A DNA stretch of 63,636 bases, filler included, from Hyphochytrium catenoides (lineage: Eukaryota; Protista; Hyphochytriomycota): NCBI GenBank assembly GCA_900088475.1. It is 8 parts of 8 records of this genome, joined end to end, with 100 filler letters (N's around TTAATTAATTAA, not from the genome) between each part and the next. Parts side by side here need not be neighbours in the genome. Positions count along the whole stretch, not along the records: positions 10,750 to 29,301 come from FLMG01003801.1; 7 more parts are not named here. One strand, given 5' to 3'. Positions 11,216-25,339 of this stretch are shown here, in pieces; position 1 is the first letter of the stretch, and each line of letters opens with the position of its first letter. Below the pieces are notes generated by a model that did not search any database, was not told the DNA's origin, and worked only from the letters and a program-made list of their open reading frames with translations. The position numbers and the translations under genes are program-made.

Positions 11216-12265
11216 CATTCATTGCCCTGCTTTTTTATGGAGAGAGTTCTCCTACACTCGCTTCTCACATCTAAGACAACTCTTTTCCTCCATCGCTCTC
11301 TCTGCTCATTTCCCTTCTTCATCCCTCTTTAAAAACCTACACTTCCCTTACCTTTTTTTTCCTATCTCCTCCTATCCTCCTCCACTTCCAATCACTCTCT
11401 CTCTCTTCTCTCATCGCTTTGTACCTAAACTTTTTACCTTCTTCCCCCACGCACCGGCTTCTTCCAATAGGAAACTTCTAAAAGAAAGATGGGGGCCGAG
11501 GAGACTTGTGACTAGCGATTAGCCCAACGCTTTAGGGAGAGAGAGATGAGAGAGAAAGAGGGACAGAAAGAGAAGAAGAAAAAGGGAGAGAGAGACACAC
11601 ACAGAAGGCAGGGAGAAAGCCAGGAGGAGAGAACAAGAGTTAGAGAGAGAGTTAGAGGGGCTTCCAGGGTAATGAGCCATAAATAGATCCTATTTTCATC
11701 TCTAGACAATCCTTTTCTCTCTCTTTCTCTCCATCTTCTCTCTCTCTCATCTCTTCCCAAACGATTCCCTGTCTTCTTCCTTCTCTCTCTTTCTCCTCTT
11801 TCACTCTCTCCTTCTAGGGAGATGCAGCATTGTAAGAGAAGGAAAACAGACGATAGACGGTACATACGCCGTGAGATTAAGCTAAAAACAGACTCCGCAC
11901 TCCCGCATTTGGAGCTCCACTCTCTCCCTTCTCTTTCCGTTCACTCATCGCCCCGTACAGTGTGCAGTCAACGCCTCTCATCTTCTGTTCCCTGCAATTT
12001 CTCTCTCTTTCTTTCTCTCTCTCTTTCTGCCGATCAGTGTCTCTGAAGATATATACACCTCGCGATCTCTCGTCGCGTCTCTATTTCTCTCTTTCCTGAT
12101 GTGTGTGTTCCTCTCTCCCTGTCAATCGCTGGGAATGTCCTGACCCACTTTATATCTTCCGGAGCATTGCCTTCTCTCTCTCAGCGTTGCGTCTTTTCAT
12201 GTTTCTAGCTGTGTCTCTCTCTTTCTCTCCTTATTAGAAGAGAGCAACAGAGATTGAGAGGACAG

Positions 12266-12692
12266 ATGGGAGGCCTGGATACCGAGAGTAATGAAAGAGA
12301 GAGAGAACGGAGAGAGAAGAGAGAGATTAGACTTAAGGGCTATCTTTTCAAGCAGGGACATGTCATCAAGAATATGAAGAAGAGATACTTTGTTCTCTCT
12401 TTATCGTCTCTCTCCTACTACACAGCTGCTAACGGAGGCTTCAAGGGCCAGGTAAGAGAGGATGGTGGATAGAGAGAGAACGAGGAGAGAGAGAGAAAGA
12501 GAGACTCAAAGAGAGGTATTCTAGAGAGAGAGAGAGAGAAAACGAGAGAGAGAGAGAATGAGAGAGAGAGAGAGAATGAGGCACACTTTTGTCCGCTTTT
12601 CATGGGCAATCAGCCTCGCACATGCCCCTCTCTCTCTTTTCCCCATCATCAGCTCTTCAAGGTTCTAAGACCACGATCTCTCTCTCGATCGA

Positions 12693-12723
<31 letters not shown>

Positions 12724-15700
12724 ATTTTCCCCTTCTCGTCAATTCTTGTATCTCCTCCCGGCACAGGTGCCCATGTCGGGACGGGCGCGAGTATATCGAG
12801 AGGGAAGAGACAAACGATCCCTTCGCTTCTCTTTGACACAGCCAGACATCAGAAGCAAGGACGGGCGGCCTTACACTCTCGTCATGCAAGGTAAGACTCT
12901 CTTGTTCTCTCTCTCTTTCTCTGTGTCGATCTCCCACACTCTCCTTACGGTCTCCCACTCACTCTCGGTCAGCCTATCTCTCTTTGTGTCAGTCTTTCTC
13001 TCTCATTTTCTCTCTCTGTCTCTCTCTCTCTGTCTCTCTCTCTCTCGTGCCTTCTCTCTCTCTCACTCTCCTTCCCTTTTTCTGTTTCTCTGTCTTTTTC
13101 TCTCTCTATCTCTCTCTCCCTCCCTCTCTCTTTCTCTGTCTCTCTCTCTATATATCTCTTTGTCTCTCTCTCTCTCTGCATCTCTCTCTGTCTCTGTGTC
13201 TCTCTCCCTTCTTCCTTTTTCACAACTGCATTCTTTTGTCCCTTTCTCTTCCCTTAGCTTCCTCTCAAGAGGAGATAGATACCTGGGTGACGGCCATTCG
13301 CGAGGTGATCTGGCAGCTTCATGGGGAGACAGAGAGAGCAAGCAAAGAGGGAGAAGGAGAAGAAGAGAGAGGAGAGAAGAAGCTGTTCTCTCCTTCTTCC
13401 ACATACTCTTCCTCGACGTCTACCACCTCTTCCTCTGTCGCTTCGTCTGCTTCCTCCTCGTTCAAGAAAAGGCTAGACATCGGTCTCTTGAGGAGAACGA
13501 ACAGCTCTCTCTCTTCTATCATGTCGGTTCTCTCTCCTCAGCAACAGCAGCAGCCGTTTCCTCTTCCTCCAAAGCGAGCACAAGAGAGAGGCTCGAAGGG
13601 AGAGACAGAGAGAGAAAGTGGCAGCACTCACAGCCGTCCGCTTCTCTCTTTCTCTTCCAAGAGAGGCTACATCATGTCTCTCCAAGAGAGAGAAGAAGAA
13701 GAAGAGGAAGAGTCCATGCTTCAGTGTCTAGAGATAGAGAAGAGGTACACGACCGAGCAAGGGAGAAAGAGTCTCTACGACATCCTAGGATCCGAATGGA
13801 GAGACCTAGGAAAGAAAGAGAGAGAGAAACCAGAAGAACCATCGTCTCTCTCTCTCTCTCCCTCTCCTGACGAGAAGCTGGACCAAGACATCTCCTCTCT
13901 TCTCCTTCAGAACTTCTTCCGAGGGAGCCGCTATGTCCGCTTGCCCTTCGGAAGCGGAATCCTCCTGGCAGAATCAGGCAACTTTTCGGAATCTCGCTAT
14001 GAAAATTCTGTACATCGCATCTGCTCGGACCTCCTCAGTCGAATGTGCGAGACAGAGAAGTGCCAGGCCCTGATCTGGGTGGGGCAGCAAGAGGGAGGAG
14101 GAGAGAGAGAAAAGAAAGAGAGAAATGAAGAGAGAGGACAAGCTGAGTTCTCTTCTCTCTCGTCTTACTCGTTTGCGGGTGTGACCGCACAGTTTGTCGG
14201 TCTCTTTGATATCCACTCTCTCTCTTCTCTCTCCGACGACAACCAGCAGCATGAAGGGGACGAAAAAGAGGAGAAGGAGAGAGAAGAGAGAAGGTATAAG
14301 GAAGAGAGAGAAGCCCTACCACGAAAGCTGCTAGCGGCACTGCATCTCATTGACGTCATGGGAAGAATCCATTCTTCTCCCTCGTCTCTCTCTCCTGTCT
14401 CTTCTCTCTCCCGCCTCTATCAGGAAGTCCGGGTGAGAGTGAAGAGGCTGAAGGGAAATTTTGGGACCTTCGGTAAGTCGAACAGCCTCGGGGCATTATC
14501 TCGTCTCTTCTCTCTTACTTTTCTGTTCTTTCTCCCTCGGTCTTTCCTTGCTCCTGTCCCAGCACTTTCCTGCCTCAACCTATGTTGTCTTAGATGAGCT
14601 CATTCTGGAATGTCCCTAGGACTGACCAAGGTTTCTCTCTCTCTTTCTCTCTCTCTCCTTCTCTCTCTCTCTTTCTCTCTCTCTCCTTCTCTCTCTCTCT
14701 TTCTCTCTCTCTCCTTCCCCTTATCTTTACCCTCTTTCACTAGGTGGCCAAGCCCTGCACTCAGTAAGGCTCACAGCTGAACTGCTGGATCCTTGGAGAG
14801 TTGTATGGGCCTCTCAGCGAACAGAAAGAGAGAGAGAGAAGAAAGAGAGAAAGAGTGAAGGAGGAGAAGAAGAGATAACCTTTCAGATCTTTTACCTTCT
14901 CCAGAAGGCAGCCGAGAATGGAAACAGGCAGATAGCCGACTATCTCTCTCTCCCTAGCGGGCTCTCTCCCCGACACTGGAGAAGAGCCACTGGGAATGAA
15001 GAGAAAGAGAGAGACGAAGAAAGGAGGACAGCAAGGGACAATCATGAAGAGAGAGAGCGGGAGATATTTGAAGAGAGCCTCGAGCTTCTCTCTCTCTCTG
15101 AAGAGGAGCTCGGCTTCTTCTATCGGACTTTGTGCGCGATTCTCTGGCTTGCGGAACTTCCACTTCTCTCTCCTTCCTCTCGCCCTTCTCTCTCTTCTTC
15201 TCCTCTCTTCCAAGAGGTCAAAGAGAAGATTGCGTCTCTCCTTAGCGTTTCGATTGGAGCTCTAACGTCTGGAGAGGCAGAGTCTCTGGCTGTCTCTCTC
15301 TACCACAAGCTCTTCTCCTGGGTGTTAAGCAAGGCAAACGCGGTTCTCTCTCTCTCTTCCCTTCCGCCATCATCTTCTAACAGACAGTCAGATGCTGATG
15401 GTAGAGAGGATGGAGAAGAAGAGAGAGAAGACGAAGAGAGAGAGCTGGACGCTCTCTTTCTCTCTGTCCCATCCACGAAGCGAAGCTCTAAGAGTTCCGT
15501 TGGCCAGTTCGCCACGAACTTTCTTCTGGAAGAGTTCTCCAGGCTTGTTCTCTCGGCCGCCAATGAAAATATAGAAGAGAGAGGTACCTTTAGACTTGCT
15601 CTTTATCTCTCTTTCCTTCTCCTTTGGCTTTCTGGACTGTTTTGTTCCTCTGTCTCTCCTTATGGTGTCTCCCTCGCTGGTGCGCCTGTCTCTCTCTCTT

Positions 15701-18700
15701 TTCCTTTTCTGATCTAGTCTCTCTTCTCTGCCAGGCGCTCTCTTGACTTTATACACTGTCTTTGCTCTTTTTCTCTTCAGTGTTGGCCTTGTTTCTCTCT
15801 CGTTTGCGCTCATTCTCTGGAACCATGGACTTGTGTCTCTCCCATCTCAAGGCAATTCCCAGCTTTGCTTTCTCCTTGTACCATCTCTCTCTCTCTCTCT
15901 GCCTCCTCTTCTGTCTTCCTGCGCGTAGTTCTGCTCTCGACTGTCTCTCATACACCGCCTTCTTCGCTTTTCATTCTCTTTTGATCTATTTCTCTCTCTC
16001 TGTATACGCTTCCTCTCACAACTTTCCTCTCTTTTCCTTCTCTTTCTAATCCTCTCTTTCTTTCTATCTCTCTCTCTCTCTCACCCTCTTCCTTTCCCGT
16101 GCCCGTACTTGTGCCGCGCAGACTCTCTCCCCCCCTCACTTCTCCTCATTCGGGAACTTCAAGCTTTTAATGCCACGTCACGGTATCACAATGGAGTCAA
16201 AGACAGAGCGCAGCAGTTCTACTCCCGTCTCCTCTCTTGTCTCCAGCGCGAGAGATCTGGGAAAGAGCAAGAAATGGAAGAGAGAGATAGAAGAGAGAGA
16301 AGGTCCAGAGGCTCTCTCACTCCTCCGTGTCTCTCTTCCTTCAAGCTGCGAGAGGGACAGGCAATCGTCGATCACTCTGTGCACGAGGTGCCAGAGCTGG
16401 TCAGCTATCGACTCGACGAGGCATTTATAAGAGAAAACGAAATTTCTCTCCCACCTTCTCTTCTCTCTCTTCTGTGCTCGTCCAAGGATGACCATGTGCA
16501 GGTAACCGATAGCTTTCTTTCTCACTCTTCTCTCCCATATTCTCTCCCTCACTCTCTCGCTCTCCTATTCTGTCGCTCTCTCTCTCTCTTTCTTTCTCTG
16601 TCTTGTCTCTCTCTTTTTCCTTCTCTCTCTCTTTCTCTCGGCTTATCTTTCTCTCGGCTTCTCCTACTCTCGCTTTCTCTTCTCTCTCTCTCTCTTTTCT
16701 CTCACTCTTTGTCCCTCATATTTCATACACACCTCATCCTCTCCTTCTCTTTCCAAGCCTTTCTCTTTGTCGTTTCTCACTCTCCCTCTCATAGACGTCC
16801 TTGGAACTATGGACTAACTTGCTTCTCTCTTCTCTCTTCTAGTCTCTCTTCCCTCCCTCTTCAGTCGATGAGGATCTTAGTGTGGTTGTCTCTCTTCTAG
16901 AGAGAGTGAGGCGGCTGATAGAGAGAAGGAGAGAAGAATTGAGAGACTTTACGGTCAAGAGTCTCTATACACTCACAATTGACGCGGACAATGAACAATA
17001 CAAGGTGAGAGACTCTCTCTCTTCCTCTTTCTCTCGGTTTGTCTCTTTTTGCTTTCTGTCTTTTCATTCTTCCCTACTCTCCTTCCTTATTTTGCGCCTC
17101 TCCGCCTCATGGCCCCTCTCACTCTTCCATCTTTCTCTGCTTTTCTTTCTCTTCCTCTTCAAATCTCTTAATCTTCTCTCTTCTTTCTCTCTTTCTTTGG
17201 GTCCTCTCTCTTTCTCTCTCATACCCATTCAACGTTGTGTTTGTAGTATGGTGCGTCCCTTATCTTTGCTCTTTCTTCTCCTTGTGTATGCTCTGTCCCA
17301 GCTTACCTCAGCTAATGAAGCCCTCTTCTCTCTTGTCCCCACCTCTCTCTCTCTGTGTCTCTCTCTGTCTCTCTCTCTCTGTCTCTCTCTCTCTGTCTCT
17401 CTCTCTCTGTCTCTCTCTCTCTGTCTCTCTCTCTCTGTCTCTCTCTCTGTGTCTCTCTCTCTCTCTCTCTCTGTGTCTCTCTCTCTTCCTCTCTCTCTCT
17501 CTGTCTGTCTCTCTCTCTCTCTCTCTCCCTCTCTCTATCTCTATCTCTCTCTACTCGTTTTTCCTATCCTGCCTCTCTACCTTATCATAGCCCTCCCTCT
17601 CTCTTTCTCTCTCCGTAACACGCCTTGGTCTGCGCTATTTCTTTGACAGCCACAGCGCAAGCGCCTACATCTGCAAGAGAGAAGCCTTCCAGAAACACTT
17701 CCGTTGTCTTCTCTGGAAAGACGAAAGAAGGAAGAGAAAGACGGACAAAAACGAATCGAGAGAGAAAAGGCGGGAAAGAGAGGAAGAGCAGTGGAGAAAT
17801 TTTTTGGAAGAGGCTATTTGCTGTGCCTCCACGCCTCGGGACTCGGAGAGAGAGGTGCTGGAGGGCATCATTCCTCCGCGAGACTTTCTCTCTCTCTCTT
17901 CTTCTTCTCTCTCCATCCGCCTGTGCTATGGCCTGGAGCGTCTGAGGAGAGAGAGACTGGTCATCTTGCAGTCTCTCCTTGTCAAGTTCCAGTCTCTCTG
18001 GCGCGGCCATCAGGCCAGAAAGTCTATGAAAGAGTATAGAGAGAGACTGGAGCAGTATCGTCTGCAGCTCAAAGCTTTCTATTCCCATTTCAATCCCATG
18101 AACGTCAAGAACGTAGACAGGATCTTGGCCAAGTTTCGAGGGAGAGAGACTGTCCTCTTCCGCAAGCTGTAAGTGTCCTACGTTCACTCTCTCTCTCTGT
18201 GTCTCTCTCTCTTTGTCTCTTCCTTGCCCATATGCTGTCTGTTTCACCTCTTGTCTGGCGTATTGCTGGAAAAGCAGGAAGAGACAGTGGACTTTGTCTT
18301 TCAAAGGAAGGGAGACAATCGTGAGAGAGAGAGAGAGAAACAGCGACAAGAGACCTAGAAGAAACACTGGACTCGGAGCGTGTGCCTGAGAGAGAGAGAG
18401 AGACAGAAAAAAGAAATATATATATATAGAGAAAGAGAGAGAGAAAGGAAGAAAGAGAGACTAGCTCAAAACTCAACCTTGTTTACCTGATGTGTCGCGT
18501 CGCTAAGGTTCCTGACTGATTTGTCACTTGTTCTATCTTAGGTACGAGAAGTATAATCCTCAGAAGACAACCGGCGGAAGAGAAGAGAGAAAGTCTGCCA
18601 CTGCAGACGAGGACAAGGTCTCTACGTGGTATCATCACTTAGAGGAAGAGTTCTTTCAAGAAGAGGAGTCTCTCTCTTCTCTTCTTCACTGGTGGGACAG

Positions 18701-20417
18701 TGCAGAGCCCTCTGCTCTACACAGAGCCTTCGAGTCTTCCCTTGTGTCGTCTCTCTCGGCCTCTTCTCCAGAGATCTGGAACTTCATCGAGCTCTTCAAT
18801 GTCATCGGTGGAACGCCTGAAGAATTCAGAGATTTAATAGAGAAATCTGCAGAATTGCAGAGATTTTTGCAGATTGTGAAGCAGAGATTTGCCTATGGAG
18901 ATTTCTTGAGCAATGGCGTGTACGTGGAGGACTGGGTAGGAAGAGTTGTGAGAGGAGGCGCGCTAACGGGAGAGAAGGTGGAGAGACTGAAGGACATTCC
19001 TCGCTTCAAGAAGCTCTTGGACATAAAGAAGGTTCAGGCTGGAGTTAGTGAGGTGAGTCACTCCAGAGAGACGGCTATCGAAGCTAAAAGAGAGGAATGG
19101 AGGAGCAGCTGCGAAAGAAAGAGAGTGAGAGAAAGAGAGAGAGAGAGAGAGAGACACGGAGAGAATGGAAACGGAAAGCGAAGAGAACAAAGTGACTCCG
19201 CTTCTCTGTTTTGTCTCACATCTATCAATAGACCTTTCTTCTCTCTCTTTCTGTCTCAGCTAGATTCCATCTCACAGTCCTACTTGTCTTTCTTTCTCTC
19301 TCTCTCTCTCTCTCTCTCACTCTCTCACACACACACACAGATCATCTCTTGCCCCAACCTGATCCGCGCCTACCTGAAAGACCTGGAAGTGAACGGCTTC
19401 TTCAGTGCTCTCTATGAGCTGTACCAAGAAGAACGGATAGAAGGCAAGGAGAAGGTGGTCGTCCCTCTTCCCTCATCCTCTCCTCCTTCTCTCTCTCTTC
19501 CTCCAGAGAAAGAGAAAGAGAAGAAGATGGAAGAGCGTCCCGAGAGAGACACAGAAGACGGGGAGGAAGAAAGAGAGCTACGGTCAAGAGTCGAGTCTCT
19601 CTCTGTCGGCTGCGCTCTGATGGAGGCGCTGCTGGGGTCCAAGCAGCTGATGGCGCTTTATAATAAACCTGAAGTACAAAGAGCATTTGAACAGGTGAGA
19701 CAGACAGAGAGAGAGTGTTGATATTGTGAGAGACAATAGAGGAGATGGAGAGAGACACAGAAGGAAAGATACACAGAAGGAGAGAGACACAGAAGGGAAG
19801 AGAGGGAGGAAGAGAGAGTGGGAGACGTGGGGAGAGAGTGTGTGGGAGAGATGAAAAAGAGATATACAGCGATAGAGAGTGGCACGAAGAGAGAGACTGT
19901 ACTTACAGAGAGAGCAGAACAAAAGGAAGTGCACGTATGAGAGAGAGAGGGAGAGAGGGGAGGGGAAAGAGAGGGGGAAGCGGAGAGAGAGAGAGGAGAG
20001 GAGAGAGAGAGGGAAGAGAGAAGGGAGGGGAAAGACATGAAGAAGAGGAGGCCGGGCCAAGAAGTGGAAAGAAGAGGAAAATGGCAAGGAGCGCTTCTAG
20101 GCCTCAATGAGGAGACAGGAAGAGAGAAACAGCTCTGGCCTAAGCTCTATAACTCTGAGCAGAGGGAGAGAGAGAAGGTTCAAACGAGTCCGTCAGTCTC
20201 TTATGTTAAGCCCCCTTTTTGTCTCTCACCTGTTTCTTTCTCCCTCTTTTCGTAACAGATCTGCGATGACCCGAGCTTAGCTTGGAGTCTCTCCTTTACG
20301 AGTGAGGTGAAGACTTTTTTCTCTGCGCTTCTCTCTCTCTCTGACGAGTTAGAAGCTTCAGGGCTCGACTCTCCCTCATCGTCACGAGGAAGCTATGCTG
20401 AGATCATTGAAGTTTAA
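12266..20417 (+). CDS. PH domain + highly divergent myosin-head-like domain + IQ motif + helical tail protein (about 10 exons)
   Basis: PH: LKGYLFKQGHVIKNMKKRYFVL...ASSQEEIDTWVTAIREVI. Myosin-head landmarks in the correct order: LLDPWRVV, TFQIFYLL, LSEEELGFFYRTLCAILWL, SLAVSLYHKLFSWVLSKAN, QFATNFLLEEF, VSYRLDEAFIREN...LLSLLCSS. IQ motif: FQSLWRGHQARK. Resolved exons include 12266-12451, 12767-12890, 13258-14472 and one starting at 14744; stop TAA at 20415-20417. Confidence 0.75.
17343..17551 (+). repeat. Intronic (TC)n/(TCTG) compound microsatellite, representative of many such arrays
   Basis: About 200 nt of near-pure CT dinucleotide with TGTC interruptions. Similar arrays at 13010-13210, 29580-29745, 36170-36550 and 54400-54470. 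Confidence 0.95.
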
Positions 20418-20867
20418 AAACACACTTTCTCTCTCTCTCTCTTGAATGACATTTTGGGTTAAGAGGAGCCCAGGACCTAAGACTGTGACTCTCTCTCTCT
20501 CTCTCCATGGAGAGGCAGGTGGGCTTCCCTTCCTCGCCACAACGGGGAAAGACTCGATCTCTCTCTCTTTCTCTCCCACGTAGGCCAGGGGGCCACTCCC
20601 AGCAATTGGGGCAATGATTCTGCTCAATATGAGATCTCTTTCTCTCTCTCTCTCTCCCTTGCATTCTCTCTCTTCTCTGGTTAGTGACCACTCGCAATGC
20701 TCAGTCTTCCACCGCCAGGGGCTTTTTCTAAAATTATCTCTTTCTTTCGATAAATTGTTCAAATAAATAGAAGTTCGACCCATAGCTTTCTCTCTCTCTC
20801 TCGACTCTCTCTCTTTCCTGTGCCTCTCCCTTCTCTCTCTCTCTCTTCTATGTACTGAGATAACTAG

Positions 20868-22472
20868 TTAAAGGCCCGGGGGCCGGGAGACAAAGCCTGG
20901 AGGAGCGCCCACCGATCGCCTTTCCTCTTCGACTACTTCCTTTCTCTCTTTCGCAGCTCCGTCTCTCGCGTGTCTCTCGCTATTTCTTTTCTTTTCAACT
21001 CCCTCTCTGACTATTGCGAGAGCTTTTCTTAAGACGAAAGTGTCTCTGGGAGAGATGGGAGAAGGCGTAGTGCCTACCCATGTCTTCCCTTCTCTCTCTC
21101 TATTATGTCTCTCTTCTTCCGGAAGAGAGGCAAAAGCCGAGAAGAAACCTCTAAAGTCCTCCTGGAGAGAAAGAGGGAAGGAGAGAGCGGCGCTTGCTAT
21201 CCACTTGCTCTCTTCCATGTCTGAGATTTCCATGGCTTGGACTTCGTCTAGAGAGAGAGAGACAAGAAGATAGAAGAAAAAAAAAGGATTGCAAGTATAA
21301 AATGGCGCAAGAAAGAAAGGTTGCAAGGCAAGAGAGAAAAAAAACAGGCAAAGGGAGAGAGTATGAGAGAGAAGGGCGGAGGACGAATCAGTTTCCTGTG
21401 AGTCATTGGGTCTCTCTCTTTAGTTCTTTCTCTCTCTCTCTCTCCGAATTCTTCCGTAACGTCCAGTTCCTCTCTCCACACAGGGCTAGTCTCAGTCTTC
21501 CACCTTCCTCTTCGCTCCGTTCACTTGTCACTGTTCTTCTATAGGTACATTCTCCCTCTCTCAACCTTTTCCTCGTACTTCTTCTCACTCCCGCCGCCTT
21601 CGCCCTCTCTCTTACCTCTAAACTTCCGCTCTCTCTCTTTCGTGAAAGAGAAAGTGTCTGACGCTATGGATGCATCAGCGTAAAGCTGAACCAGCCGCTG
21701 ACCCACAGCCTTGATCTCTCTATCTAAAAACCGCAGGAGAGACTCACTCCCTTCTTTCTCTCTCTCTTTCTCAAGAACCTCTTTCCCTTTCTTGTTCCCT
21801 CTTTGCTCCCTGGTTGTGTTAGCGGTTATAGAGGTGGAGGACACTGGGTTTGTCTCTCTTCTCTTTTCGCCGTTGATGCCTCTCATTTTCTCTTCTTCAC
21901 CAGTAGTACCGTCCGACCTCTCTCTCCCTGCAGATTGCGTCTTTTCCTTGTATTTCTTCTCTTTCTTTCCTTTTCTTTGGGTCTCTCTCTCTCTGCCATT
22001 AGCCTGCACGGCTTCTCTTCTATCGGTTCTCGCGGAAGAGGAAGGACGAGCAGAGGGAGGAGGCTTTTCTTCTTGATCCCCTTCTCTCCTCTCTTCATCC
22101 TTTCTGTCTTTCTTTCCTCCTTCTTTTTCTCTTTTACTGCGACTAGGAGGTGCATCTCCACCTCCTCTTCCTCCTCTTCCCTGGTCCGTTCTCCTCGTAT
22201 TCCCTCTCGCTTCCGCTTCCTGGTTAATCCTTCTTCGAAAGACTAAGTAAACTTGCTGCCTCTTCTCTGGATCAGGAAGAAGAGAGATCAATCTTACGAA
22301 GAGTTGTTTGACTCCGTCTTCGCTCTGTTTTCCATTGTTTCTGGTGCGAAAGAGAGAAAGAAAAGCGTCGAAATAAGCTTCAGAAGACAAGTCTCCTTCT
22401 CTGAATTGTTGTGAGAGAGTCTTGAACTCTTGAAACTGCGAGGAGAGAGAGAGAGGAGGAACAAAGAAAGAT

Positions 22473-22507
<35 letters not shown>

Positions 22508-25294
22508 CGATAGAGACAAATTAGAGCAGAACAAGAAGAGAAAGAGCGAGAGAGCGGGGGAGGTATACCAACGGAGAGATGAAAGGAGAGGGAGAGACGA
22601 AGCATAAGAACTACTGGTGACTTCACGTGTTAAGGAAAATAAACTAACCCAGAGTAACAAGAGGCAAAAGTGTGAGCTAAGGTAAACGCTTGACATAAGA
22701 CTGAACCGTCAGAACGCGAGAGATCTCATATATCTCTCTCTCTCCCTCTCTCCTCTCTCTCTCTCTCCTTCTCTCTCTCTTAGCTATCTCTCTGACTTGC
22801 ACTTGCCTTGTCCTCGTCTCCTCCGAGAGAGCTCTTTATATCGGCAATCAGTTCCTTATTCCTCCTCCGCAGCTCCTCCGGAGCAAGCTTCTCCAAATCC
22901 AGATTGAGCGTCAGCTCCGATTGGGAGAGAGGACCAGAAGAAGAGATACTGAAACCTTGAAATGAAGGAAACTGTGAAGAAGAGGAAGAAGAGAGAGAGG
23001 GGAAGTCACTCTCTCGGGAATCAGAAGAGCGAGAGGAAAGAGGGGCTTGGCCTCTTCCTCCTCTGGGACCTCCCTCTCTCCTCCCTCTTCCTCTCCCTTC
23101 TTCGTTCTGAGAGACACCAAAGTTGAGCTGCAACTGTCGCGCTGATCGCTGCTGGGAGCTGAGAGGAAAGAGAGAGAGACAGAGAGAGAGGAGAGTGGGG
23201 AATAGTTGGTAACGATCTGAGAGAAAGAGAATAAAGGTTGATAGACTAGAGAAATAGAAATAGCGATAGGGAGAGAGTGAGATGAGAGAGAGAAGGACAA
23301 GGGGAGAAGGTGTGGCACAGAAAAGTGAGAGAAAATAACATTGAGAAACAGAAATGCAAGTGCGGAAAAGACGAAAAGGGACGTGTCGAGAAAGAGCAGA
23401 AATAAAGGATAGGAGCGAGAAAAGAGAGGGAGAGACTTGAGGAACTTACCGTGAGAACTTCTCTCCTTTCATGTGCTGCTTTAGTGTGTGAGCCTTCAGG
23501 TCCATCTCGGTGCTGAAGACAATGAAGCGTTTCTCTAGACACTCAGGCTCCAGACACGGAAAATGATTGCGCTGAAAGTGGCTTTGTACTTCGCTATAGT
23601 TCCGGAAATACTGAAGCAAGCGGTTGATGGAGAGAGAGCCCAAAGGAGTGCAAAAGGAGTGATGAGAACAGAAAGGCAGAAAGAGGAGAGACAAAGAGAG
23701 ATAATAAGGAAAGTATGAAAAAGGCAAGCGAGCCAAGGGTGAGCGGGTGAGCAGAGAAAGAGGTCAAACAAGGGAGGACCGCATATTTATGCTGTTCGCA
23801 AGGACTAAACGCACTTTTCATGCCCTAGTACAGGCTAGCGAAAAGAGAGAGAGCCAGAAAGAAAGAGAGAGAGAGAGAGAGCGCCCCGCGAGAGAGAGAG
23901 AGAAAAAGAGACAAAAAGGGGGAAGACCTCCTCTGTACCTGCTCGGTAATGCCTCTTTGGTCACAAAGATGGCAAGAAAAGTGTTCTTTGTGCATGTGTT
24001 CCGCCAGCGCTTCCTTATCATAGAGCGTGACCGAGCGGCAGAAGCGGCAGCGGCAGTGCGGACCCACAGGAGCTTCAGAATCCGTGGCGGGATCACCTTG
24101 GGAGATGTGCTTCTCGAAGGACTGTGAAGAGAGAAGATGTGAGGCGGAGGGTGAGAGAGAGAGAGAGAGAGATCGAAGGAAGCTAAGAACGACAGAGAGG
24201 GAGAGAGAGCGCGCGTCCAAGAGGGAGATTATGGGAGCGGAGGCAGGAAGAGCAAGAGAGACTACCCCGGAGATGGAAACTGTTGGAGGCATAGGAAATA
24301 GATCCTCCAAGTAGATTTACCACTCCTAAGAGACATTGGGAATGCGAAGTTTCGGGCAATAAGAGAAGGAGAAAGAGGAAGGGGAGAAAGTCAGTTGAGA
24401 AGGTAAGAGGGGAATGACCTTGAAAGAGTAAGTGCGTTGCTCGGTAGGGAACACTTTCCTGCTCCTGAGACAGACGTCGCACATCTCCTTTCTGGCCCCA
24501 AGAGAAGAAATACCACAGTGAGAACAGTGGGAAAAGACGTGTGTATGAGAGAAAGAAAGAGAGAGAGGGACTGGAGGGGAGAGGAAAAAAGAGAGAGAGA
24601 GAGAGCGAGAAGGAAGGGAGTGATAGAGAAGGGGGCTGGAGGATTGACGCCCACGGGAGGGACGGACGGAGCGGAAAGAAAGAGAGGTGCTCAATAAAGA
24701 AGGGACCCCACCAGTGAGATGCAGTCAGTAGGAAGTAGGGGAATAAGAGAGAAACAAAGAGAGAAAGAGAGAAGGAGGTAGTAGGGACCCTACCCGTGCA
24801 CTTTTTTCACATGGTCTTTGAGGTCTAATGGGCTCTTGAAGTGTCTATGCTGCTCTTTCGTACTCCGATCCAACCCCATTGCACCGCCCGGCAGCAGGAG
24901 AGGAGGACAGCAGATAGGGCAGACGAGGGAAGAGAGAGAAGGAAGGAGAGAGAAGAGATCTGCGGACTCTACATAAAGGTCTAGGTGTTTATCAAAGTGC
25001 ATGCCCTGCCTCTCCAGACTGTCAAACGCCTTTTCTCTGTCCGAAGTAAGGATCACCTGCACGAGCTCCTCCTACAACATAGAGATGGCAAGGTTAATTG
25101 ACATTGTACGTGGGTGTGATCAGGAGGGAGGGAGAGAGAGAGAGAGAGAGAGAGAGGAAAGAGAGAGATGGAGAGAGAAAAGAAAAAGGAGAAGACGAGG
25201 AAGAGAGACTGAGGAGTAAGAAGGAGAGAAGAGCCACGAAGAGAGACACCAAGAGCTAAAGAGAGAGTGAGGAGTTCGGGAAAGAGAGTGACAT

Positions 25295-25339
<45 letters not shown>

